A stretch of DNA of 43,476 nucleotides, from contig BFEA01000032.1 in NCBI GenBank assembly GCA_003427395.1, positions 586,328 to 629,803 on the forward strand. Reading direction: 5' to 3'. A program made the position numbers and the translations under genes. This stretch comes from Chara braunii. Taxonomy: Eukaryota > Plantae > Charophyceae. The notes beneath the pieces were generated by a model. The model made no database searches. It was not told the origin of the DNA and was given only the letters and a program-made list of their open reading frames with translations. Shown here in pieces: positions 1 to 12,702 of this stretch; within the stretch, counting starts at the first letter, position 1; every line of letters begins with the position of its first letter.

Positions 1-39
1 ACACACACACAAACACACACACAAACACACACACAAACA
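1..39. repeat. (AC)n microsatellite, truncated by window edge
   Basis: Directly visible AC repeat. Confidence 0.9.
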
Positions 40-67
40 GATATTAAGATTATGAAGTTCGTTGCCA

Positions 68-140
68 ATGGTTGTCGTCGGGGTTTGAACCAAGCCACAT
101 AGTTGCGATATGGAAATGCCCTAACCACTCGGGTCGACTG
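68..140 (-). pseudogene. tRNA-like relic or tRNA-derived SINE head
   Basis: Minus strand has an A-box-like GACCCGAGTGGTTAGGG and a B-box-like GGTTCAAACC at tRNA spacing, ending ...GACAACCA. Acceptor and anticodon stems are imperfect. Confidence 0.4.
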
Positions 141-289
141 TGTCCCTATGTGTTTTCGGGGACTGCTTCTTTATGAAGTGTATCTAACGTCAGGCAGCTG
201 GCAGGTCAGGATGTGCCTGTGTGTCCAAACCCTAACATTGCAAAGTGTGGCAGGCGGGTCCAGTCCTGCAATTTTGAAGCGCCAAGTCT

Positions 290-917
290 CGCGATTTTTC
301 ACGCTCAGACAAATTGAAGAAAAAATATGAAAAAATTGAGATTCTCTAGGTTAGGTTGCGATTTTTTCAAAAAAAAAAAAAAAAAAAAAAAAAAAGACCG
401 TGAAATAAATGTCGTGCTATTTCATTGCATTCTCCATTTTTGCCATTCTGGCACGTGTTGGCCAACGAGAAAAGTACCTCATTTTCCGCGATTTTTTGCG
501 CTTACAAGGATAACTCCACAACTCTGAAAATTGAAAAGTCAGTAGATTGGGTCGTGATATTTCTACGAAAAATATTGAAAATAAAAAAATAAAAAAAATT
601 AAGGTCGTGAAATCAATCCCGCGCCAATTCGTCCTATATTCATTTTTTTATGTTTTTTGTTGTTGTATCACGTGTCGTCCAACGGGAAAAGTACCCCAAC
701 TTCAGTGATTTTGTGTGCTAAGACAGATGACTCTACAACTCTGCAAATTGAAGATCCTGTAGATTTGGTCGTGATCTTTTCCACTAAAAGTTTTTTAAAA
801 GAATTAAAAAATATTAAGATCATGAAATAAATATCGAACCAATTTGTCCTATATTCCATTTTTGAGTGTATAGCGAATATGACAACACACACACAAGCAC
901 ATACGCATACACACACA

Positions 918-958
<41 letters not shown>

Positions 959-1420
959 GGTCACACACATACATACACACATACACAGTCCCACAGACAG
1001 ACAGACAGACACACACGCACGTGACACACATAGACACACACGCATGTGACACACATACACACACGTGACACACCCACACATGCACACACGCATACACACA
1101 CATTTACACACACATACACACACACACACACAGGGGGCACACACACACATACACATATACACGCATACACACATACACACAGACATACACACACACGTGA
1201 CACACACACACATACTTACACACACATACATACATCATTCAAATGCATCATAGGCCGATTTTTTGTGCTAAGAAAAAACCATTAAAATATCTGGAAATTT
1301 AAGGGTCCGTAGATTAGGTCGTGATCTTTCAGGGAAAAATATCAAAATTTTTTTTGTTTTTAGATGGTGAAATATTTGCCACACCGATTTGGTTTATTTT
1401 CGATTTTTGTCGCAAATTTC
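290..1420. repeat. Degenerate ~200-bp tandem repeat, 4 copies, interrupted by a CA tract
   Basis: Motif GTAGATT.GGTCGTGAT.TTT recurs near 542, 759 and 1310, with a degenerate copy near 348. Confidence 0.65.
884..1233. repeat. Degenerate (CA)n microsatellite
   Basis: Directly visible; explains the VC- and HT-rich spurious ORFs. Confidence 0.95.
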
Positions 1421-1624
1421 GTATGGAGGCCCGCTCGGTTTCCCACGCTGTACTACCGGTACCCGTAGTGAGACGACGCTACCGGTACCCCTGAGGTTTT
1501 CTGATGTCAGGAGGACCAGCGGTTTAAACCTCCTGATAAGTTAGTGAAAGTCCGACGAAGCAGTCTAGCACAGTCTGAAGTGTGGGGACCAAAGAGTTGG
1601 CCTCGAACTTCGAAAAAAAACAAT

Positions 1625-2492
1625 TACTCTACGACACTTTACTCTACTCTACTAAACTCTGGTGAACAACATTCTACTCTACGACACACTACGACACTCT
1701 TTCTCTGCGCTACTCCAATCTACTCTACAACACTCTACTCTATGATACTCTACGACACTCTATTCTACTCCACTCTACTCTACTTTACTGTACTCTACTC
1801 CACTCTCTTTTTCTCTCCTCTCCGACACTCGACAATACTCTACTCTACAATACTTTAATCTATTCCACTCTACTCCAACCTACTTTTTTCTACGATACTT
1901 CACTCCACTCCACTTTACTTTACTCTACTTCTCTCTACTCTATGACACTCTACCACACTCTATGTAACTCTACTGTATGATTACTTTACTCTACTCTACT
2001 CTACGACACTCTACGACACTTTAGTCTACTCTACTCTACTCTACTCTACTCTACGATACTTTACTTTACGACAATTTATTGTACTCTACTTCAAGACACT
2101 CTACTCTATGACACTCTACTCTACTATACTCTACTATAAGTACCCTACCCTACTCTACGACACTCTACTCTACTCTATGACAGTTTACTCTCCTTTACTC
2201 CACGACACTCTGCTTTACTCTACGCAACTTTACTCTACTCTACGACATGCTACGACAATCCACTTTACTCTACTATACGAGACTCTACTCTACTATACGA
2301 GACTCTACTCTACTCTAGTCTACTTCACTCTACTCTACTCTACTGTACTCTACGACACGCTACGATACCCTACTCTACTCTACTCTACGACAATCTATAA
2401 TGCTCTACTTCACTATACTCTACTCCATGACACTCTATTCTATGACACTCTACTCTATGACACTCTAGTCTAAGGCACTCTACTCATCACTC
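1625..2492. repeat. Degenerate (TACTC)n pentanucleotide satellite
   Basis: TACTC, GACAC and TACTT units over about 870 bp. Confidence 0.95.
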
Positions 2493-2539
2493 TATTTGTA
2501 CGCTTGTAGTCAAATACAAGATAAAGTATAGCACATTCA

Positions 2540-4029
2540 TTTGCTCAAAATTTGCAAATTTCACATATCCCCACAGTGATTCCGGGAGTGATAGCATTGC
2601 AACGAAGGAGTAACTTTTCCGTTTTGGCCTACTGATTTTTTTAACAGTATTGCGATATCTGTTTTAGATTTTATAATAAGTAATGAAAGTGGAAATATAT
2701 TTCATGCATGCCTAAGTAAATCCTAAAAATGACTTATCCTCGCGTGGATGTTTACTACAAATTTTCCCTTGGGTGCTTAGTACGACCACCACACAATGTG
2801 TGGTTCAATTGCTCTGTATAATTATGAAATGTTGCAAACGTTCACATTATTGCCGTTTTGTTTCGCATTCTACTGTCATTTACTGAAAGTGAAAAAATAT
2901 TTTATATATTCCTTAATCCGTACGCCTGTACTAAACTACGAGATAAATTAAAATGTAGTCATTTACTTATAATTTGCAAATTTCACATATCCCCATACTG
3001 ATTCCGGCACTGACGACATTGCAAGAAGGGGGTGAATTTCAGATTCTGGAATGTTGCAAAAAATTACAATATAACAATTTTTGTTTCACATTTTTTTGTC
3101 AGTTAAAGAAAGAGAAATTATAGTAAAGCAAATCCAAAACATTTCTCATCATTGCTTTCTTGTGGCACTGCAAATGTTCGCTTGGGTGCTAAGTACAACC
3201 AAAACATCGTGCAACGCTCTATCAAATTCACGAATGCTGCAAATATTTACAATATTGAGGGGATCGTGTCAGAATTTTTTTTTTTTTTTTTCATCAAAGT
3301 GAAAATATAATTTAAAATTATAAGAACAGTTAAATCATACAAATTTACTCATCCTCACATGAAAGGCCATTGCTCGCTTCGCTCCCCAGCACAAACAACA
3401 CACAATGGGTCGTCCAAACGCTTGATCTTTGCTTCACAATATTTTGTTACTTCATCAAAGTGAAAATATATGATTCGCAGAAAAAGTTATCCAAAAATCA
3501 GATCATGTTTGCGTGGATAATCACTACAATTGTTCGCTTAGGTGCTCAGTATATCGACACTGACGACATTGAAAAAAAAAGGTGAAGATCTGATTGTGGA
3601 ATAGTGCAAACATTTACAGTATATACGTTTTTATTTCATATTTTTTTTGTCAAAAAATGAAAGAAATATATTTCATTCCTAAAAAGGAAAAACCTAAAAT
3701 GACTCATCGGCTTGTGGATGCTCACTGAAAAACACCACGCATCAACCGATTATCATACATGACTTGTTCAATTTATCGGTCTCATTGTAGAATGCTACAA
3801 AGTTTCACAATACTGCAATTTTGGTTTCACATTCTATTATTAGTTCAAGAAAGTGAAAATTTATTTTATGCTTGGAAAGACAAATCACATTCCTCGCATG
3901 AAAGTTCATTGCAAATGTTTGTTTGGGTGATCACGACAACCATCACACAATGGGTGGTCGAATTGCACGGTCTCATTCAGAAATGCTGCAAACATTCATA
4001 GTACTTCGGTCTCTGATTCATCTCATAAT
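2540..4029. repeat. AT-rich degenerate satellite with ~200-bp subunits
   Basis: AATTTGCAAATTTCACATATCCCCA at ~2549 and ~2971; TGGGTG..AGTAC/ACGAC motif at ~2770, ~3183 and ~3924; recurring AAAGTGAAAA. Confidence 0.65.
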
Positions 4030-6729
4030 TCTCACGATATGGCTGACACTGTCTCATTTCTGAAACAGTTTTTCTTGTATTTTTCTGACCATTATTCCAG
4101 GAGTTATGAATTCCTAAAGTTTGACGTACCTGGCTATTCTTCCCAGTGCCGGTACGTCGGGGAAAGGCTGGACTTAGTTCCCTATGCATCTTAAGCCCTT
4201 CTCTCCCTTTGATGGGTTCCCAGCCACGAGATCCTTTGATCTCAATGGCGGGAATCCCCTTATGATGCCTCCTGTCCTACTCCCATGTGCTGCTGTCCTA
4301 TCCCCGACATTCAACCCCACCCCCAGGATCAGAAAGATCCAACGTGGGGGTGCTGAGTTTGCAAGGTGGTCATAATGGCTCAGCTGAGGCCAAAGGAGGG
4401 GCCATAATGGCCGTTACTTCTCCCAACCGCAGCCACGACCTTTTCGTGGTGCTAAATCAGGTGCCCAGGGTCGAACTCAGGTGTAGCATGGGGGTGGGCA
4501 CCTGTTTTTCCTTCAGGCGCAACGCTACCTAATGTGCAAAAGGAAATTGAATCTTCTGCTAGAACACGGGGAGATACTCTCCCACTGATATGGGCGGCTT
4601 ATAGAGAAACGTTATTAATAAAAAAAAGAAAAAAAACAACAAGAAAATAATAAAATAAAATAAAGAAACAAAACAACAGAAATCCGTTAGAAACGGATCC
4701 AGTTTGTCGCCTTGAGGTCCCCCCCCCATGCCATCTGGCGTCTAATAGTTTGTCTGTTTCTTTTGTTTTTCTTTCTGTCATTTTTCATTTTGTTTTATTT
4801 CGTCCGTTTTTCTTTTTAACGCGCTTTCTTCTTTTTCTTTCCCGGTAGCCCACGGTTCGATTCCTGATTACGTAGGCGCGCCAGGAGAAAATTTGAATCG
4901 TTTTTATTTTCTCGTTTCCTTTTTCGTTCCCCCCCGTTTCCCTCTCATCGCACCTCTCCGTTCTCGCTGCCCACAGTTCGAGTCCCGCCGCGTCAGAGGA
5001 GGGTTTTAGAAGTTGACTTGTTTTTGGCGGCGGACTCCGTTTCGTGCGATTTCCCAGGCGGCATGGCGGATGCCGCCCTGTGCCTTTATCGAGTCGGGCG
5101 CCTTCGACCTTCCTATTGCCCACTAAAACATGGCGTGCGTGGGCTCGATCCCAGTATCTGGTGGTTGTCGGACCACCCGCAGACCCATTGGGCTTAGCTC
5201 TTTTCCTGGTGTGAGGAGTGTCGTAGGTACTTGAGTTGGCAGGCGTGGTGTCTTATCGGTACTTCCGAGGTGACTTCCCTTCATATTCAGTGGCCCTGCT
5301 CGAAAAGGGAGCTAGCCGGCAGGCGGATTTTCGACCGCGCAATTTTCCCAGATCGCGTGGTTCTCGGAGAGGTGTTCTTCTGCTCCATGAAAAGGAGGTA
5401 GTCCGCCGGTTGGTGGTGCGCGGGCTCGATCCCTGTGTCTGGTACTCAGTAGTCCGCCACCTAAACCGACTGGGCTAGCCCTTACTTATGTATAGGTAGG
5501 GACACCACTTTTATGTGAGTGGCTGCGCCAGGCGCATTCTCGCTTTCCGAAAATGGAGCCAGCCTGGTTGGAGTCGCGCGGGCTTGATCCCTGCATCCGT
5601 TATTTAGTAGCTCGCCACCCAAACCGACTGGGGTGGCCTTTACCACTGTGTGGGAAGGGGTACCACTTCTGTATGAGTGGTTGCGCCAGGCGCAACGCCA
5701 GCAACCCGTGGCATCCCCCCCCCCCCACATTTTACACCACTCACCCACCCTCCGAGCCTAGCAGCGTAGGGTGGTAGGTAGGTATGGCGTAGGCGCGGGG
5801 TTAGGCTTATAGAAATTCTAAAAGGGTATATTCTCGCGGGTAACTTTCCGTAGGTTATTTTTCAACTCCAACCCTTAGTTTTCCCCGTTATCACGCTGCC
5901 TTCAGACCATTGTCCAGCGCGACCGTCTTCAACTGCCGAGCTCAGAATCGCGTGGCCTATCGACCGCGCGACCCCATTCTCTTTAGGTTGTCGCGCATTG
6001 TCCTAGCGGTAGGAACATCGGGGAATAATTGATCCCGACGTGCCTATCTTTGCGGCTCCTTCTCATATCACATGAACACCCATTCTGCCTTAATTAAATG
6101 GCATGGCGCGCACACACACGACATAGGAGCAGAGTTGAGTCCTATAGGGGTTGCGGTAGGGTAGGTTCTTTTCCGATAGTCTTTTCGGATAGGCCTTTAA
6201 TTCGAGCGCCTCTTTCTTAGACTTTCCCCCTTTCTCCTATGTCGCAGTCATGCTTCAGGTATTTCTTACGTTGGTCCTTTCTTCCGATGGACCCTGAATT
6301 GCGCGGCCGATGGGCCACACCGCGACCTTTTGTTCAGGTCGTAGTGCGTCGTTCTGATGGTGGGGGCGAGGGGGAATGGTAGCCCCGACGTCCCCGTCGT
6401 CTCGGCTTCCTTCCTTTAGTAGTTTCCGTCGCGGTATGCCTTGGTAGCATCAATTGCCCTTCCTACAGCCACTTGGGTGCCCAACCCTAGAGTTTGAGTA
6501 ACAGATTTGGAAGAGACAGATGCGGGGTCAATACACGACAAGAAAAGAAATGTAAATATGTCCAGGGGGTTGAGATACCAATGAAATCTTTTGCCGCGCC
6601 GCGGCGGATTATCTTTACTTTGTCTTTTACTCGCTTACCGACGCCCTGTCATCTTACGGATAGAACGGCGCCTTCCCGCAAGCCGTCAAAATGCCGGCAG
6701 ATACCCTTGTAAGGGATTCTGCCCCGACA
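4030..6729 (-). repeat. 3' LTR of element 1 (U3 part only, left end truncated)
   Basis: Colinear with 20718-23157 apart from substitutions and a ~220-bp indel near 5650-5870. Homology stops exactly at GCCCCGACA in both copies. Confidence 0.8.
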
Positions 6730-6914
6730 GTCATCCCGGATCCCATTAAACGACGTCCTCGTCGTTTAGGATTTATACATAGGTAGATAATGCTGTGCGC
6801 GCTTTGGCGTTTCCAATCATATTGGTTGTAAGGTCTCTTAAAACACGCTTGTCCCTTATCCTAAAAGACGACCCATTTTGAATTCAAACATGCTTTCAGA
6901 ATTTAACAACCAAA

Positions 6915-7270
6915 CTGGATTCAGCCTCCAGAAGCACAAAATTTACAGGAACGGTACCAGTTTCAGCCTTTAGAAACATAAAACCAATTGAAAGTGTTTG
7001 TGGATGAAACCAAATTCAGCCATCGGCAGTCCAAAACACAGTCTTCTCATGATTTACTGGGTTCAGCCCCCAATCAGTCTCAAACAGTTACTGAAATGGC
7101 ACCAGATTCAGCCTTTGGCTAGCCAAAAATTTCAGAACTTGGGATAATGTTCAGATTCTGCCTTTGGAAGCCCAAAACCAATTACTGAAATGGTACCAGA
7201 CTCAGCCTCTGGCTAGCCAAATTCTTCGAACTTGGAAAAGTGTCCAGATTCACCCTATGGAAGCCTAAAA
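6915..7270. repeat. ~45-50 bp minisatellite in the 3' UTR of element 1
   Basis: About 8 copies of CAGATTCAGCCTTTGG....CCAAAA-like units. Confidence 0.75.
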
Positions 7271-8172
7271 CCAATGTGTCTTCCTCCAGAATGGTTCCAG
7301 TATCATCCCACCGGGGACCAGAACAACATCAGTCTCTTCGAGTGGTACCGGATGCAACCTCCGGCTAGTAAGCAATCGACATCCATCAAGTTGTTTGAAT
7401 AGTTCACTTGGGGAAACATTCATTCACCGCCGGGATTCCAACTCGGGTCTCTCTTGAGCCATAGGGATGCAAACACCACACCTCGACACTCTTTCAATCG
7501 TGCCGCCAGGAATCCAACCTGGGCCTCCTATGTCCCACGAGGATACTGTCACTGTATTACGGTAATGGATGTCGGGGATGGGATAAACACTAAGGTCCCG
7601 AGTCTCCTATCAACCCCTTATCGAAGACTCATCTCGACCTCATCAAAACCCAAATGAGCCAGGTATAGCCCCTGACAAGCCTCCCATAATACAACCATCA
7701 GGAGTTGTCCAGATAACGTATGGACCCCACCCGTTTCGAGAAAAGTCATTCATCAGAAGTTCTTATTCCAAGTCCTCCCCCATTTCAACCTCAGAGAGAG
7801 GCAACATTTTCATCCAACACACACGTCCCAATTTGCATCCATAACAATTCAACAATATGAAGCTCTTAATCAATTAACTCATCCAATTTGCAAGAATGCA
7901 GCACCACAATACCAAAATAATGAGCAGGAATTTAAAATGAACGACCAATGTTCCTTTTAGAATTCCAAATTTGCACAGTACGGTCAAAGTACATCCAACT
8001 GATCTACTTTATTGGGTTCCAGCAGAAAATTTAATTGACAATGTCCAACATTTTTCATATCAAGCCAACTGAGTCAAAACATGGAGTCAAACAGAGTCAC
8101 CAAGAGTTTTGACATATGTATACATATATAGTTATATATAATATAGGTATACACGTATGCCTTAAAATTATA

Positions 8173-9181
8173 TCATGGTTCCAATCTGGTTTCCTCTCTA
8201 AGAACTGGGCAATCTCTAACCTTATGACCCGTTTTCTGACAGACGACACAGAAGGGAGGTCCCGATAATGGTGTCCCCTCTGTCCTCAAAGAGTTCGTTC
8301 TACCATTCGACCCAGACAGCGGAGGACTAAGAACCCTCCTCAACCTTGCTACGTTGTTCCGTGCTGAGTGCATTCCCTCTCTCTCGGGCTGAGGAATCGT
8401 CTTTGACAATCTTTGTCGGTATTTCATTGCTAGACATTATGATCCTATCTCTCTTGCTTCCAACAATTACGTCTTTCTGAGGTGCCGGCCTAGCAACCTT
8501 CATGAACTCCGACACTCCGTCTTTTATTTTCGCCTGCGACAAGCTTCCTTCCTTGATTACCAAGGATCCTGTGTTGTGAAGGTCTGCCCTCCAGAGATTT
8601 CCTCTGAGTACTTCTCGAGGCAGGCTCAACCACTTTCTCCTTCCCTTTTACCGAGGCTGTGGTTGGCTGCGACCCATAATATTTCCTTCCCTGTGCCCCT
8701 TTCAGGTGGGTAACACGACGATCCAACTCATCGAGCCATTCAATGATACTTGTCAGTAACTCTGTAATCGATGTGTTTCCGGCTCCAGCCTTGGTCTCTA
8801 CAGGGGTGATTTGTATCATGGCTTGGTTGCTCTTTTCTTCCATACTTCCAAAGTTAAAGGTATCTCTCATGACCGCAATGAAGTCGGCCCAATTTCTTGA
8901 CGCCTATGCAAAAATAGCAACAATGGGTCTCCAGTATTCGTCCGAGTACCGAGCCACTTGGTCTCTCATCTAATCCTCAGTCCATTGTTCCTTGTTAGCG
9001 AGTTTCGTGAAAAGATCAATGAATTCTTCCACATTATCCCCCATGAACTAAGGAACTCCCTTCTTTGAGCTACCAATCTCTCGGATAAGCGAGCGATCGC
9101 AACCCACACCATCTTCTGAACCTTGTCTTGGCGAGAGCTCGATGTCATCTCGAACTGTAGCTTCACTTCCCCTTTCCCTCC
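8173..9181 (-). pseudogene. Second Gag-like ORF downstream of integrase (capsid N-lobe-like region plus CCHC), disrupted
   Basis: The frame of ORF 8490..8870 extends upstream through 3 TAG stops as VP*FMGDNVEEFIDLFTKLANKEQWTED*MRDQVARY...NWADFIAVMRDTF, resembling the Gag N-termini in this window. CVVCQKTGHKVRDC lies at 8209-8250 after frameshifts. Confidence 0.7.
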
Positions 9182-9339
9182 CTGTCGCCACAAGGATAGT
9201 CACAAAAGAAAGAAAGGAAACCCATCAGTTTTCACTGAAGGCACGACTCGATTGATTAAACAAATAATCACCAGACAATGATGCAGAAATGTATTCAACT
9301 TAGGCGAAAGCGTGTCGATCCTTACCTCATTTAGACCCT

Positions 9340-10380
9340 TTATATGAATTTCTTCAACTTCGATCCTGAAACCCAATCCCGTCTTCGAGGTCCGTTAAGT
9401 TCTTCGACCTCATACGCTCCGTGTTCCGATTTCTTGAGGATGCGATAGGGTCCCAACCACCTATTATCCAGCTTCCTCGACCATTGTTTCTCCAACGAAG
9501 AGTCATAGAGAAGGACAACATCACCGACTTCTAAGGGTTCCTTGTGGACCCGCGGCTGTGTGTCCCATCTCTCCTTGTCCGCCCTTCTACTTGCTACAGT
9601 CGAAGCGACGGCCTCTTCAATCCTTTCCTCCATGGCCATGATCTGTTTGACCCTCAGGTCGAGTAGCTCTTCCAATGTGAGGTTAGCCTCTAAGTCTTGC
9701 CTCTGCCACGTTGTCAGGAGACTCTCAATCGGAAAAGTTACGTGCCATCCAAACCAAAGAGTTGCCGGAGCATACCCAGTCGTCCTTTTTACGGTGATAT
9801 TTTCAACGAACATTGCTGTCCGAAGGTACACCGGCCACCTAGAAGGCTTTCCAGCACACCACTTAGCCAACAAGTTTGTGAGGGTGGAGTGTCCCCGCTC
9901 AACCAGAGCGTTTGCCTGCGGATGCACCCTCGTGGTATATCGGTACTTCACGCCGAACCTCCCTAGGAGAGTTTGAACTTCTTTCGCTCGGAACTCACCA
10001 CCGCGGTCCATTACGATTTCGCGGATGAAAGGATACCGAAGGTAGTATTCTTCGATACACTCAGTTAAAACCTTTTCGGTCCTTTCTCGTATTGCACAAC
10101 CGTCGACGAACCCTGTCAGAATATCTCTTGCATCAAAGATAAACCGATACCCATTCATTCCTAGCGGTATAACCACCAAGTCGAGGTGCACCACGACTCC
10201 TGGTTCAACAACGTACCGTGGGTGAAGGGGTTTGACATACTCATGGTTGGAGCGTTCTTGACAAGGAACGCACGAGCTGCAGTAATCCGTAACCATTTTA
10301 CTCATACCGTCCCAGAAATAAAGATGTCGTAACTTCTGGAGCGTCACTCAGGCCGAGCGATGCCCTCCTGCCATCCCGTC
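9340..10380 (-). pseudogene. Gypsy integrase (HHCC, DDE, GPY)
   Basis: LHDGMAGGH...CSSCVPCQ zinc finger (one in-frame stop), HLD / MDRGGEF / VERGH catalytic triad, WLGPY motif. Confidence 0.95.
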
Positions 10381-11787
10381 ATGGAGAGCTGCAATCACGT
10401 TTAATTGCCTCGTCATTCCACAAACGACCCTTTTTGGGATGCCGTCTTCGTTTTTCTTAAATAGATGGCCGTACCTAACCACAAACTCTTCACTTTTTCG
10501 ACGAATATCACCTTTTACACTTTTCTCGCGTACCTCCTTACTCAACCCTAATCCGATATCTCTATATATCCCATCGTACTCATTTCCTCTAAAGGACTTT
10601 TTCATCCCACCGTCCTCGTCAGCTGGTACCAATGCCCGCAAATCTTCCTCAATTAATGCGTTGATCACAAAACACGTCCCGCCAGATACTCTGAGGACCT
10701 CATCGGCATGTCGGAAACCTTCTTGAATTGACAAGGGGTCGTCCGACAACCGAACGGAGTCAGAGAGTGCGAGGCTCATCATCTGCTCACCGGACCTCTC
10801 ACCCCATGGATCCTCCTCGATAAATAACTCTTTTTTCACCAGCTCAGGACGAACTTGATAAAAGTTGGGAGCGTTCCACATAGACCTCCTTTGTCGGCAA
10901 GATGCATCAACCAGATAATGGTAAGAATTTATACTTAGTTGACCTTCCTTGATCTCCAGAAATCCGTCAACAAGCATAGAGTCCTCTGGTCGAATCTTGG
11001 AGTTGTCCCAGTCGATTCTGCTTAGCCCGTCTGCTCGATTCTTCACGCCGGGTATCCTCTCAACTTCAAAATCGAACATCCAAATATAGGTAAGCCATCT
11101 TGCGATCGTCGGATCGGAAGGGGAATAATTTCTTAATGACTGAGCCAAGGCAGTCGGATCAACCCTCAGGACGAATCTTCGACCGAAAACATAATTGCGA
11201 AAAATTCTTAGGTAATGAAGCACCGCTAAAGTCTCTCTTTTGAACTGGGAATAGTTTCTCTCCGTGAGGTTGAGGGTTCTACTTTCAAACCTTAACGGAC
11301 GCTCGACCCCGCTCTCGTCCTTTTGAATAAGGACCCCTCCTAGAGTCGTAGGTCCTGCATCGGTTTCAATAATGAATGGTCGCTCTGGGTCGTTATCGAA
11401 GCATGAAACCCCGAGCACCATTCCTCCCCAGCGAAACTCAGCCTCTATGTCCTCAACAACTTTTTGTTGATCTGGTCCCCATTCCCAATCTTGGCCCTTA
11501 CGCACGCGTTTGCGTAAGTGCTCCACCCTTGCAGCAAAATGTTGGATGAAGATCCTCCAGAACCCACAAGTCCCGATAAAACTCCTTATCTCACTAACAG
11601 ACTTAAGCGGAGTAGGCGACTCTAAGATCTTATTCGTTTTCTTGGTATCCGGTCGACGACCTTTCTTGTCGCATAGGAATCCCAAGATCGTAGCTTCACT
11701 CATGCAGTGTCTGGATTTTACTCCACTCGCCGTGAGATTATACTTCTTTAATTTAGAACTTTTTTGATGTCGTGAATGTGATCCCAA
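10381..11787 (-). pseudogene. RT thumb/connection and RNase H of Gypsy pol
   Basis: LGFLCD, IRSFIGTCGFWRIFI, ETDAG..LGGVLIQ, ERNYSQFKRETLAV, NRADGLSR. Confidence 0.95.
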
Positions 11788-12620
11788 ACGAACTTACGTA
11801 TGCCTGGTTTCACTTCAGATTCATCCTTCTCCCTTGGTCCTGGAATCGACAAGTCATCGATATATGGTGAGGTCACGTCCGGACAAAGCGGTTGCATAAC
11901 CTTCATCATATATCGTTGCACGATAGCGACGACATTAGTCCAACCTTGAGACGCGGAACACATGTGAACCAACCCCCTAGGTGTATGCATTGCCGTCATA
12001 GGTCTATCAACCGTGTATAAAGGAAACTGATCATAGCCAGAATAAAGATCAATCAAGGTTATGATGGGTCTACTGGCGCTAGCTTCAGACAATTGATCCG
12101 CGTTTGGAAGTCCACCGGCATTCCGGACCGTCATCGTGTTCAATCTCTGCAAGTCTTATACCCACCGTAAGACAATGTTAGGTTTGTCAAAACAAAACCA
12201 TGGAGACGCATATGGTCCATAGGAGTAGTCGGCTACCTTCGTCTTGATTTTTCCATCTAGGTAGTCTACAACGTTCCGATGGTCATCCGGGTTAGGATAG
12301 CGTGGCCCCCTTATATTCCAAGGCTGGTGTGGTACTGTATGTATCCTAATCATCGGGATTTTATCAACGTAGAATCTTCCCCTCTCACCGCGACATCAAT
12401 CATGAGGTTTCTCTCTTCTGTTGTCAGGAAACCCTCTTCTCCAATGATCATCTCCTTAATTCTTTCACCGGTCAAACGACACGACTCTCTTTCACATTTT
12501 TCTCTCATCGCCCTAATCCACTCTCTCTCCTCCTTGTAATACACTTCTTCGTCGTGGGTGACTAGAACGGGGAGAGGCTTGGCTTTGTCAGCTACTTTCT
12601 TATACCGCCGCTTTGATCCA
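11748..12620 (-). pseudogene. Reverse transcriptase, with stops and frameshifts
   Basis: IRIHTVPHQPW, GPYASPWFCFDK..LRWV, DLYSGYDQ, QGWTN and YIDD motifs spread over split ORFs. Confidence 0.95.
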
Positions 12621-12702
12621 ACTCTAAGTCTCCCTCCTCTAAAAAAGACCCTTGCTTGGCTTGTGGGATCACACCTTCCCCACCAACTGACTGGGTGTGA
12701 GG

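Noticed and set aside
668-2473. VC-, HT- and YSTLL-rich ORFs
   Set aside because: Translations of CA and TACTC microsatellites.
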